A stretch of DNA of 64,000 nt from Takakia lepidozioides (taxonomy: Eukaryota; Plantae; Bryophyta). Location: NCBI GenBank assembly GCA_030704615.1, contig CM060732.1, positions 24,738,001 to 24,802,000 on the forward strand, written 5' to 3'. Positions 21,847 through 33,759 of the stretch are shown one piece after another. The notes under the pieces were generated by a model. The model saw only the letters and a list, made by a program, of their open reading frames with translations. It was not told where the DNA came from and did not search any database. Position 1 is the stretch's first letter. Each line of letters starts with the position of its first letter. Position numbers and translations under genes: made by a program.

Positions 21847-23367
21847 CTCGTCGTAGCAATCTGGCCAGATCTTCAACAGACTGTGCACATATCGATCAAA
21901 CCCAACTAGCTGAAATCACACACCAAACAATGAGCGTCCCCGTTCCACCCTTGCTCTTGTTTGATCTGTGGATCCTGTACACCACTTCTTGATCTCACAT
22001 TTTCAAATCAGTCCACTCGCTGTGGGCAGACATTGCCTCTAGTGCAACATGTGGGTGATGGAGCCAAGGTCCAAGCCGATTCCGGAGAATTGAAACACAA
22101 ACAACCCAATCTGTAGACAACAATTGCAACCGGGCCCGCACTTGAATCCTGAGAAAGAGACGATCGGAGCCGAGTCCGAGTCTTGTCAATTTCTCCTTCC
22201 CTGCCTTCTTCTTTTTTTCTTAAAGCGAAACACCCGGAAATTTTGTAAATTATAATATTATTCTCATTATTATTATGTGGAATTCATCTCCATCATCCAT
22301 GTCAATCATTTCTATAAGAAGCCTTGACTCACACTTAAGAAGGGGGGAAGAGAATGAAAATACACTTCTATCTCCCCTGCTCTTGTGATTTGGCTGCAGT
22401 GAAGTTTTGTATGATGGTGTTCCAGAAGAGACACAAAGGAATCTTGCAAAACACAACACCTAGCTTGTGCATCCATCTGTCTACCTTGTAAAATTTCTAC
22501 CAAGAGTCCCAGCAAGGAATAGAGTAGTGAAATATATAGCCACAAAACTCAACTCAATGCTTCACCTTGAAGCTGTTTCCAAGCTTGTCACAATTAAATG
22601 TTCAAGTGCACTTTGTATCTGAATCATGCAGTTACGTTTCACCCCCCCCTCTTTCTCACACAAAAAGCAGTGAACAAAGGAATTTCCTTTCTGTGTGAGG
22701 AAACCCCTTAGCAAACTTTTAAAACCAAAAACATCAATCACATGAAATTGACAGACCAGGCTGGGTCGCCGATCAGAGATGCTAGCTAAGGAGAGTGGTC
22801 AGCCGAGGAGAGTGGTCACAGTAGAGCCACCATACAGGGAAGGTAAGCTACACCAAAAACAGCAATTAATGCCAAGGCATAAACTAGGCCAAGCTGCATG
22901 TCTTCATGGCGCACTACCGTATTCCTATCACTAATTGATGTGGAGGCTAGTTGGGACCTAACAGCCAACCTACTCAGCCAATGCAATGTGTCTGCCTTTG
23001 TGTCCACAAGTCCTCTTACAGAAAGGGCAAAGCTCTCCAGATGCTGCATGCTTGTGGTTTCCTCGGGAGAGCTTGCAGAGCAAGGTTAATATTTATCAAA
23101 ATTCATCACAGCAAAGTTCACCCTCTGTTTTATCTCTGCTCCCATCATATCCTCTCCCCTCTCCTCGCTTTTGTCCTCCCGAAAATGTGTTTGCACATGA
23201 GATCTATTCAACTTACAACCTACCCCCTTTCCTAGTGGAAAACCAAAAACAACGTCCTCACAGAACTCCCACATAAGCCCCCACCTCTTCCCTCGCTTGT
23301 TTGCTAGATTCTTATTGGACCAAACACAGGCTCAAAATTGTTGCGAGAGATTTCGGCATCACACATT

Positions 23368-26300
23368 TTATACATCTTCTGCATTTACGATCTTGATCCT
23401 GACAGAAATTGTTGGCCTTACCTGCATCAACCACATCAGAAGTATGCACATTTTCAGTTCTAAATTTTCCATCAGATTTCCAATTGCATCCTAACTGTAC
23501 ATAACAATCCCTGTACAAAGCTCTGTTTGAAAGCTTACTTGTTTGCAGTCATAAACACAGTATTCGTTGTAGTCCAGTATAGCATCATCATAGCCAGAAG
23601 GAACCAAAGATCCACATGGCACAGTGATATCATGCTTAAACTTGATATACTCCTTCTCGTCAGGTTTCTTTCTCCCCAGACCTTTGATTGCCACCTTTTC
23701 TTCCTCATACTTGCTCATATCCTGGCATAAAAGAACCCACCATAAAACTGTTCAGCAACCATGCCTGTCATGGAAGGTACAACTCCCACAATTTTAACAT
23801 GTCCGCAACCAACACTTGAGTGTTGTAGAAACATTTAAACTGCAAAATCCCAATCAACCAATGAGCTCACCACTCCCCAACATGGGAAATGCAGAGTTAG
23901 ACACTTGAGGATAGGAAGGATGCAAGATGGCCAATAAGCCACCAGTTTTATACCCCTTCAGGTTTTCTCAGCTCGACAACACGTTCGCCCAGAGCAACAA
24001 TTGAAAGCATGAGGTATGCTTTAGCTCGGTATTCCACTCCATGCAAGGTATGACGTAGTGCTTTCCAAGCAGCATCTCTACAGTACTCGGCTGCTTCGGT
24101 TGCAGCATCCGAACAGTAGATTCCTCTTCCAAACTGCAATCACCTGGCTTACTATTAGTTAAACTGCGATAACAGACAACAAGATATCCTTGCAGCAAAT
24201 ACTGGAAGAGAAAAAGTTCCATCACTGCAATTGCTACAGAGTACATACCATGTAACCAGGGACAGGAGCTTGAATGATGCGAGGCGGAATTCCCCCATGC
24301 ATACATGCCAACACATTGCATACTCGAGTCCCTGCAATCATGTCAGCCTCATTTATGTCTGCTGTCACAAGCCACAAAAGGTACATAATGACCTTGCAAT
24401 GACTTCACCCTTTTAAGCATGCTCAACATAACAGCAGTTATGAGATCAAAAGCCATACCACACCAGATAAGGAGCTTGTTCGGAATTTTCAGAATTTCTT
24501 TCAGGCTTGGGGAAGCCTTGCTATCAATCCAGCAGGAATCCTCCAAAAGGGCACCAAAATCCTGCCAGATACAAGAAGTGTATTTCAAGGTTATCATCTG
24601 AGAAACATACATATTTGTGGACTTTTGTAAACAGCAAACAAGCATCTTGCCCATCTGAGATGATCTTGTTCTTATGAATGCCATACCTTATCTTCCATTT
24701 TGAGACACTCCATGGTCTTGGAGAAATAATCGGAAACCATCTTGTAGTCACTGCCGTGTTTATCCAATGGATTGATCTCACAGCCTATCTTGGAATAGCG
24801 GTCGGCGAATGGGTCACTCAGTGAAGCAAACTTGCCCATGTCACCAATAATCCGAGATGCCACCGCAATGGCCCTAAGGGACTGCAGAGTGTCTGATGCC
24901 TGCATCGGGAAGCAGAGAACTTAAGAGAACTTAAGCCTATCAAGTTGAAGGTTGAGGCAATCCATAACTAGCACCCATTATGTAAAGAAAAGAGCCTGCT
25001 TACAGATCTGACCCCACAAAGAGAATGTATTGACATTTGACCATAAAAATCAAACTGACCGTTTCCGCCAGCTCCACAAGGTTGCGAATAATGCATGGGC
25101 GTGTGGTATACAGCAGTGTGAACCACTTGTTGCTGAAATCGAGACACATGAACTCTCTCTTCTTTTCATTCTTCTCATCACTTTTTAGGAACTCTGCAAA
25201 TTCCACCAACACCTGCTCACCTGGAAAGCACCATTATGCACGTGCGTCTGAACTTTCAACTTGAGGGATCCCTCTAAGACTCTTAGTTCAATCCTGTAGT
25301 TACTTTCTCTGATAAGAGTAGCATAGCATGTGAATTCCATTTCTCGCTACCAGCCAGAAAGGTATCACACCACCAAGGATAGAATAGCCAACCCTATCCA
25401 TGAACTAGCTCTGCTCTCTCAGCATATACTAAACTCGTCAAGCGTACCCAGTCCAGAGCACTTACATAGATTGAGGTGGTAATCAGTCAAGTTTCCCAAC
25501 GGAAGATCTGGATCATCAATACCCATCTCTAGCATTGCGAATCTGTGGATAAAAAAACCAAATGACACACTTTGATGTGATCTGGTATTGCATAGTCAAA
25601 AGGCTATAGCCAACAATACTTTGGGAGGAGTACCGTACTCTCTTCAGTAGATAGTGCTTGTAATCAAGCAAAAAATGACACTTAGGTAATGACTACCTAT
25701 ACAACGTCACAGAATGGCCTAGAAGCTATGCAGTGCAGCACCAAGCCACGTTTGTGACATTTGTTGGAAGTAAGAGGCACAATGTGAGCAATAGTTAAAC
25801 ACCTTTTGCAACTTGAAAAAACTAAGGTCACATGTACAACCAAAGTCCCATACGTAGTAGATCCAATCCTACATAAACTCAACAATTTGTTGGAAGCAAG
25901 AACCACAATATGAGTGGTAGTTGAACACCACTTGTGTTATTGAAAAGAATCAAATTTCACATGTACAATCCCAAGTCCAAAACGTAGTACAGATCCAATC
26001 CTACATTAACTCACCGATAGGTTTCTTGAGCAAAAAGGATCTTGCAATCCTCGCCCACACGGGCATTCAACTTGGTATGAGCTGCTGCAACACCCAGTTG
26101 GTGGGGTCCCAACCCTCCAGCACGTGCATCAACACCCTCTGCCTGAACCACCAATTTAGTGATAACATTTCATGATGCATACTCAAAAGTGTTTGGCTGG
26201 CAATTCATTCCTGTGGATGAAGCCCCCCACAGAGACCTTTTCCAAGTCTTAGCGTGTAGATAACCCAAAAAACACTGAACAGTTTGACAGCAGAACGTCA

Positions 26301-29300
26301 TTAGGATGGTTCAATCCATCTTAACCATCATTTTCCAAAGTTCTGGATTAGCCTGTCCCAGTAATCACCCACCGAATTTCCACTTCGGTTCCAATGCTAC
26401 CCATGTGCACATGACTTTCCACCCAGGACTGGGACAGCCTCTTCAGAGTCGAAGGCCAAAAAAGGTCAGTGGCCACATCCACCAATCACATTAAGTGAGG
26501 CAATTTCCAGTCATCATGCAGGCGGTGAAGATTGGAACTCACCATATCAAGAGGGAAAAACTTTCCTTGTTTCTTGGAGAATTTTCTCTCCCTCTCCCAA
26601 GGCTGAAATTCGTTGCCCGTCACTTCCTCAAAATACTTCTCAAACTCCTGGATACCCTCCTCTGGGCCCTCGTACTCCTCCAGCCTCTCACGGGTGGCTA
26701 TTCTGTCACCCACATGTGCCTTCTTGTAGTAGAGATAAAATTTTCCATGTGGAAGATCCACCAATTGGATAACCGCAAAACTGCAAAATTACGAACTCAC
26801 AAAGCCTCTGAGAATCATCCAGGAGCATACTCTCCCACCTTGAGTGCAAGAGTTATTGATGCTAGGCCATGAAAAGGTCTTTCGCATATCTACAAATTCA
26901 ACTTCACGCATACTCTCTTGCAGAATGAATATCACAATTCAGTGAGATGCCAGCCAATCACATATGCAAGACAGACCTTCTAATAGTTGAGCGATGTCAC
27001 ACATGGATCCTGTTCAACTGCCACTGGTTACAGATCGACATTGTCAACAAACTACTGCACTACACTCAGTACATGTATTATCATATACAGCGTAAGAAGA
27101 AATTGCTTCATGACAACCAGGGATTCCATACGTAACTCGTTGATGCCTGCAGCCTGATCACAAATGGTGAATGCACAATTGTAAATAATGCCATCCTTTT
27201 CATATATTTTGCCGCCCTCTTTCTCCAAGTTAGAGTCTTTGTATACGCCTCGTTTCCCCACCAGCTTAATCTAAAATGCAAATCCATCAGAAGAAGCTGG
27301 GCAACATGTTCTCTAGGCACATAGAAAGCAAGCTCAAATTTCCAGAGATCTTAAGCTTCGGTCAACACTTTCTGCAGGTTATCTAAAAGGACGTGTTCGA
27401 CAGTGTTTAATCTTAGTAGAGATAATGACAAGACCTGCATTGTGACAAGACCAGCATATTAAAAAGTTGCATCTCATAGTGCACAATAGATCATAGTGGT
27501 AAAACTCGGTTTACACACTCAATATCAAGTATTAAAACCGCATATCTTCAAAACGGGGCCGGAAGGCCAGAAAGATAAAAGATCAAAACATGTGTACACG
27601 AAGAGACTAGATGGACCACCTCAGCCCACAAGGCCTGCTGGAATTCCTGATGTGTGTCTCTCCTGTCCCATATTTGCTCATGTGTATCTCGCAGCTGTGG
27701 GGTCAGGTCATACGGCTCAAAAGGCTGAGGAATCATTCTCTTGATGCTGTCAATAAGCCATGATTCACTCACAACCGGAACACCCTTATCTCTGCATCCA
27801 TGGGCCCACCAACCATTCAAGATGTATATACCAGCCAGAATCTCTGTAGAAATGGTCAACTATACCAATGCGCTGATGTCAAGCCAAGTTCAAAAGGGAG
27901 GGGCAAACCAACCAATCAAGCTAAGTTTTTGAAGACCATAATGTGTGCAAACACTCACACAGCTTCATGCAATTTGGAGTTAGCACGGCCTCTTAAAACC
28001 TCATGCTCTGATGCCACCACACATGTCACCCCTGCACTCACAAAAAATTGTGGGTCAAGATTGCACACAGTTTCAACTACTGATGATGGAACTTGATGGC
28101 TTCAAAGGACTGGACAAATGTTAGCATGACCTTATATTTGCTCTATCCACAGTACAAGTACATGCAATGAGCAGATTTGCAAGTTCCCAGCTGACATTGT
28201 GATGTCCAGCGCTACAGAGTGACATGATCTACCTCAATTGTTCCATTTGCATTCCTCGAAATGGCTAAGCCAACACCATTTTGAAGGGTTTTCCGCCTTA
28301 TTCCTCTCAGTCCAAGGACAAGCCTGGTATAATTCCCCCTTCAATACGACTGGATGTTCGAAATATCACACAACTTACCATTTTTCTCCCCTACTAGTGT
28401 CAGCACCCATGGCAATTTGCCCCTGCCAGAAATTTCCACTAATCGCCATCTAAAGACAGGGCCAGGCATATACCTTCTCGCACAGCATTTGCAACCTTTC
28501 CACCATACTTCTCGATTTCATCCCTCCAGACATACTAAACAACACCAACCAAAGAAGTTTTCACTGTGACAGTCCACAAATAGTGGATTCAAGCTCATGT
28601 TCATCAGACAAGGCACGTAGAACTCTAACCCCAAGTTCTGCCCCACACAGAGTGGAGTGGAGATAGAGAATGTAATCATAAGACATTGTTTGCAGTAGCC
28701 TTAGGAGTGGAGCTAGAGAGAGTATTAGATTGGAAGAGACCCACTACACAAACAGAGGTTCATGCGAGATGGAAGTTGCTAGTGTGGAGATACTCAAAAG
28801 GTTATTCTTCACGTTATACAATATAACATGTGAGCACACCTCTGTATCTAGATTTCCCTCATTCATGTCCACCCACCTTCCTACTTGCACAAGCTAAGAG
28901 AAAATGGCCCTTCAGAGGTGAAGATACCTGTAGACAAGACAAACGACCAGCCAACACAATAGTCATGCCTGTCAAAACCTTGTGCATGGGTTCCAGCTCC
29001 CGGTGTCGTTGCTTCTGCTTTTCCTCCCACTGCCACACATGAAGCCACCAAATTCCACAGGTAGTTTCATTCCAAATGTTCCCAGAACACATCGCACACT
29101 GCAACATCTGTACACATACATAAACTAAGCAGTTGTTCTACAAAGAAACGTGTTTAGCGTTTCTTCTACTCCCAGAAAATTTGATGAAGTGTATGTCATC
29201 AAATTTTTTTTGTTTCACACTAACTTCCAAGATACTAGATTACATGTGCACACCTCTCTCAGGAATTCATTTTCCTGTAACTCGGGAGGAATCTTAAAGG

Positions 29301-30145
29301 GTTCGTTTTCACGACGTGCTTCACAAGTGCTGTAGTTACACTTGGACCATTCGGAGAAGTACCCAGTACATCGGTATTCATTCCCCGCAAACTCCAATGA
29401 TCCACCACACATTGGGCATGGTTCCAGCAGCCCATAAAACATCTGATCAGCACTGCCAAGAAACAGAAGTCCAAACATCCATGGGTCACTTATTTGTCTG
29501 CATCAATACAGGGGATGCAACAAAGAGTGCAATGCCGGATGAATTGCACGAGGTTCAATGCAATTGCCGCATCAATGGCACTATGGAATTGCACTATGGT
29601 TCTCAAAGCTCAACTAGAGAACTAACTATGCGAGATGGTTTTCGTACCAACTCTAGAGTACTTAAACGCAAATACTTAGGAAAAGCCGATCCAGCTGCAC
29701 CTCCTAGATTTGCCTCCCCAATTGATTCGTCATCTCTCTCTCTCTCTCTCACGGCAGCGCGCTAGCGTAGTCAAGAGGCGATTCTTAGTTCTTTGAATTG
29801 TTCATTTATAGATCTTGAGAACGAAACTTGCTCAGATTTTGCATGTAAAGACAATGAAGCATACCAACGAAGTAGCACAACTTCTTCTGGTCCCGTGGGC
29901 TCAATGCCATTCGCCTCGCACAGTAGACGGATTTCAGCAATTGTGCACTCAGCCCTGAGTCGCTCCACAAACTGCCTGAACTCTTCGTCATTGCTTCCAT
30001 TGGTAGCTTCACGCTTTCCCCTAGCTGACCTGCTGTGCGCCTCCCCCTTGGATTCCGCCTCCACCTTGGGTTTCTTGAAGTGGCTCTCGTGGCGCTCGTC
30101 TAACCACGCCTTTCCTTGTAACTCCGCCATAACGCCTTCCTCCAT
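23368..30145 (-). CDS. PARP3: Poly(ADP-ribose) polymerase 3-like (PADR1, BRCT, WGR, regulatory and catalytic domains), multi-exon
   Basis: PADR1 DQMFYGLLEPCPMCGG..YRCTGYFSEWSKC; BRCT VPVVSESWLIDS; WGR GIIYNCAFTICD; PARP3-typical GGLGPHQLGVAAAHTKL; catalytic LLIWCG..PVPGYMFGRGIYCSDAA..LDYNEYCVYD. No N-terminal PARP zinc fingers. Start and last exon are inferred. Confidence 0.9.
25759..26014. repeat. ~128-bp degenerate tandem duplication in a PARP3 intron
   Basis: atttgttggaag..cacaat.tgag and catgtacaa..aagtcc..acgtagta..gatccaatcctacat.aactca each occur twice. Confidence 0.75.
28670..28703 (-). mobile_element. 34-bp family-A LINE 3' stub with a 16-bp TSD
   Basis: The minus strand reads taaggctactgcaaacaatgtcttatgattacat. 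Flanks are GGAGTGGAGATAGAGA (28654-28669) and GGAGTGGAGCTAGAGA (28704-28719). Confidence 0.8.
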
Positions 30146-30512
30146 GGATTTGTTGGAATAACTTACAGTGACCAACATAAGCAGGCAGAGCTCCTTTGTG
30201 CGAGAATCCAGATTTCTGCAGGCATGCAGACAGGCCAGACGTCTGAGCCATGTCTTGCATGAAGGGCATGTCACTGTGAGACCAGTTACAAGCTGCAGCG
30301 TCACCCCAGCTTCACGTGCACAGCCTCCTTGTGGACAATCCTCAACACAACCGACTGTATCCGTCTTCTCAGACAGAATATAACGTGTCAGTTATTCACA
30401 GTATTGTGGGCTGACTGTGTCGATGAAGGGATCTTTGCCCCAAAGCTCCCAACATCCTGTTAGGTGCGGAAAGCTGCTGCACACATACTATTGACTTTGT
30501 GAGGCTTGTCAG

Positions 30513-30840
30513 GAAAGCCTCATGAGGCTTTTTGTGCCGTCTCTGCAGCGGCTTGCATGCACAGCGCGGGTAGCTCGTGGCACGCCCAATTCTGGACTTG
30601 GGTTTATTTGCAGGGACGCAAGGAAGCGGCGGCCAAGGAGGCAGGCAGGAAGTAGTAACTGGACACAGGGAGAGCGCGTTGAAAGCCTCATGACGGCTTT
30701 TGCGCCGGCTATGCAGCGGCTTGTATGCACACCCGGGCTGGCTAATGGCAAGCCCATTTCAAGAGTTTGGTTTGATTGTAGGGACGCAAGGAAATGGCCA
30801 AAGGGGCAGGCAAGAAGTAATTTGACACAGGGAGAGCGCG
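30513..30840. repeat. Two ~160-168-bp tandem units between the divergent PARP3 and YqaJ genes
   Basis: Units start gaaagcctcatga at 30513 and 30681 and end gacacagggagagcgcg. Confidence 0.85.
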
Positions 30841-31363
30841 AAGTGGTAGTCTCATCCCTGGCAGCGACCTTTGGTCAATGTCTGTGAGCTCATCTTGTTT
30901 CCTGTGGATTCCCCATCAATTGATGTCTGGAAAAATGGATTATGCGTGTCATGGTCTGTAGATGTCTTCTTTGAAAATGATGACAGACCAGTCACAGATA
31001 TGGCGAAGTATAGGAAGTCCATTGTTGGGGAGCTGAAGGATGGTGGACAATTTTTTGTTGAAACCCTAGTCTGGGTTTATTAGCTTCCTGCGCGCAACTG
31101 TACTGTGAAGCGTGTCCGTGGGCGTTTCCAGCCAGCCCAGAGGAAGGTCGTAAGGGATTTGAGCTGTGATAGCTGCAATGATACTGGGGTGAGACCACTC
31201 ACAAAGTGAGCTTGTCAGTGCGCCAGCGGACATGTTCATTACAAGCCAGTTCTTATAGCGCATATGTAGTCAACAATTCAGTGCTTGGATTTACCATGTG
31301 AACGTGAGTGCAAAAGGCCCCTGTCTGAGTATGCTTTAACATTTGCTTTACTGTCAAGGCAGG

Positions 31364-32705
31364 TTCCAGAAGCGGATTGGTGAAAATCAAGAGGAGGTTG
31401 AGCACGGTTGCCGTTGCGCAGGTCGATGAGGGCGCAGCTCCTGACGTTTTCCCCGGAAACGACGTCGGGCTTTCCTCTGCAAGTTCGAGTTTTTCATATA
31501 TTCAACAAACGATACAGAGCAAAGAGAAAAATTTTGATGTACAATCTGTGGTAAGCATTTTGCGATGCCTTCCAAAACTGGCTTGCAATTAATTACTTGC
31601 CAGGAGTGTGAGACTCCCTGGGACTAGTATACTTTCCTGCCTCTGTCGAGATATCTTTCCAAGCTGACAGACTGGTCTTGCTTGTGCCAGCATGGAATTT
31701 GGTGTTGTTTATTGCTGCACTACCTCAAAATGAAGTCTTGTCAATCATTCTGGTGTTCAGCACCTTTAGAACTTTCAAGAGATTACTTTTGCAGTCCTAC
31801 CAGATCTGTAGCTGCAATCCTTTTCCGGCCTATTGGGAATGGTCTTGGTTTAATGTTTATGAGGGTGAAAGTGTATATCCTTGTCTCCATTCATTGATTT
31901 GAATTTCACCTGCATGCAGCCAGAGCTGCAACAGCGGACAGAAGAGTGGCACAATCTCCGGAAAGGTCGAATTACAGCAAGTGCATTTGGCAATGCACTA
32001 GGTTTATGGAATAGGGGCCGGGTGGAACTTTGGGAAGAGAAAATAGGCCTGCGTCAGCCTTTTGCAGGAAATGGAGCTACACGCTGGGGCACTGAGCAGG
32101 AATCCACGGCCGTTGATAAATATAAGGAAATTACTGGGAATCTGGTTGAACATATGGCCTTCAAGATCTACAAGGAAGGAGATGACTTGCAGGCATGGCT
32201 GGGAGCCTCCCCGGATGGTCTAGTAGATTCAAATGCCTCAAAATCGTATGAGAGAGGGGGACTGTTAGAGGTGAAATGCCCACACAATAAGGGCAGCCCT
32301 GAGCATGGGGTACCATGGCCTGCTGTCCCACACTACTACATGCCACAGGCACAAGGGCTCCTCGAGATTTTTGACAGAGATTGGATGGATTTTTATGTCT
32401 GGTGTTTGAATGGGAGTGTGCTTTTCCGTATTCAGCGAGATCCTGGGTACTGGGGCCTCATCTTTAGAGTGATGAGTGAGTACTGGTGGGGGAATATTGT
32501 CCCTGCCAAGCATGCATTGATGGATGGAAAAGGAATAGAGGGAGCCCAGAAATTTAAGCCAGCTCTCTCACACCCACTCACGGACATTGTTGTGCGTGAG
32601 AGTAGGCTGCTAGCCACGAGTGCACCATTAGTGTGGAAAGATGTACATAGAGAAGGGACCATGATAATCTCTTCATCCATTGTGGAAGAATTCTACTCTT
32701 TGTAG
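31364..32705 (+). CDS. YqaJ / lambda-exonuclease-like PD-(D/E)xK nuclease (restriction endonuclease type II-like), start uncertain
   Basis: QRTEEWHNLRKGRITASAFG, ATRWG, LGASPDG...LLEVKCP, YYMPQAQGLLEI. An upstream exon (~31364-31550) splices GT-AG into 31920. Confidence 0.88.
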
Positions 32706-33759
32706 ACGTTGGTGAACTTCTTCACGGTTTGAACTCCTTCAGGCCCTTTTCTGCACCATCCGATACAAGCTTGGGCTCTGTTGCCATAAGGTTAACAGAA
32801 GCATGATCCACCAAGTGTTATTGATTGACATCGCACTTCTTACAGGAGCAAGTCGTCTAAGGTGGGAATCAATTCACTTTTGAAAGTATTACATGTCTGT
32901 TGTGAATGATGACCACTCACTTCTGTTTCTACCTGCTTTCTAAGGGAAAGTTGTCAGTAAGGAGGTTGTTTGTAGGATCATTTGTGATGTGACTCTCCAG
33001 TTGGTTCACCTCAGCTGCTGGAATGGAAAAGGAAATGGCCTCACCCTTGTGTGCTGAATCAACACAGGTGCCATGCCCATATATCGGTTTGGGAGCTCAA
33101 CAGGGAAGCCATTCCTGGTGACGTGTCAGGGCGTCAATCAGGCGGGATTGTTCGTGCAAAGGCCCCAGCATGGGATTTGATGGATTTTTGGACCTACTTG
33201 ACACTGGAGTAGCTAAAGAGGATACCATCCTATACGGCAATGTGGTTCTATGGCTCAACTGTATGCACTAATTGGTTCTAGAGGGAGGACACATTAGATA
33301 GCTTTCTGGGGAAGTAAATTCTTTCAAACTTGATGTTTATTGTTTGTGATTTGTTACCCTGAAAGGTGGGGATATTTTTATGTACCAACGATTCATATGT
33401 TATTGATTCTATTCTATGACACATCTGCAGATATATTCCATGAACTGTTCACCTAAAGTGCTCCAACCATCTTAGATGCATCTACTGCAATGTGACAACT
33501 TATCCAGAAGATGATGTTTGCAATGAACATCCAAGTTGATGTGCAACTTGAAGTACAGAGACAAGCTACAACAACCTTGCAGTTCTGTGCCTCCCTGAAA
33601 CCCTGCTCCCACCATCACCCACTTCATTCCTTGAGAAAGGATAGAGTAAGAGATATGATTCTCCTTCTGCATTGAAAGTCTGGTTGGCAAATTCACAATA
33701 TAATCTCCATGATAATTTTTGAACTTGGTGGAGTCTGTCGATGCCCACTAGGGATGAGG

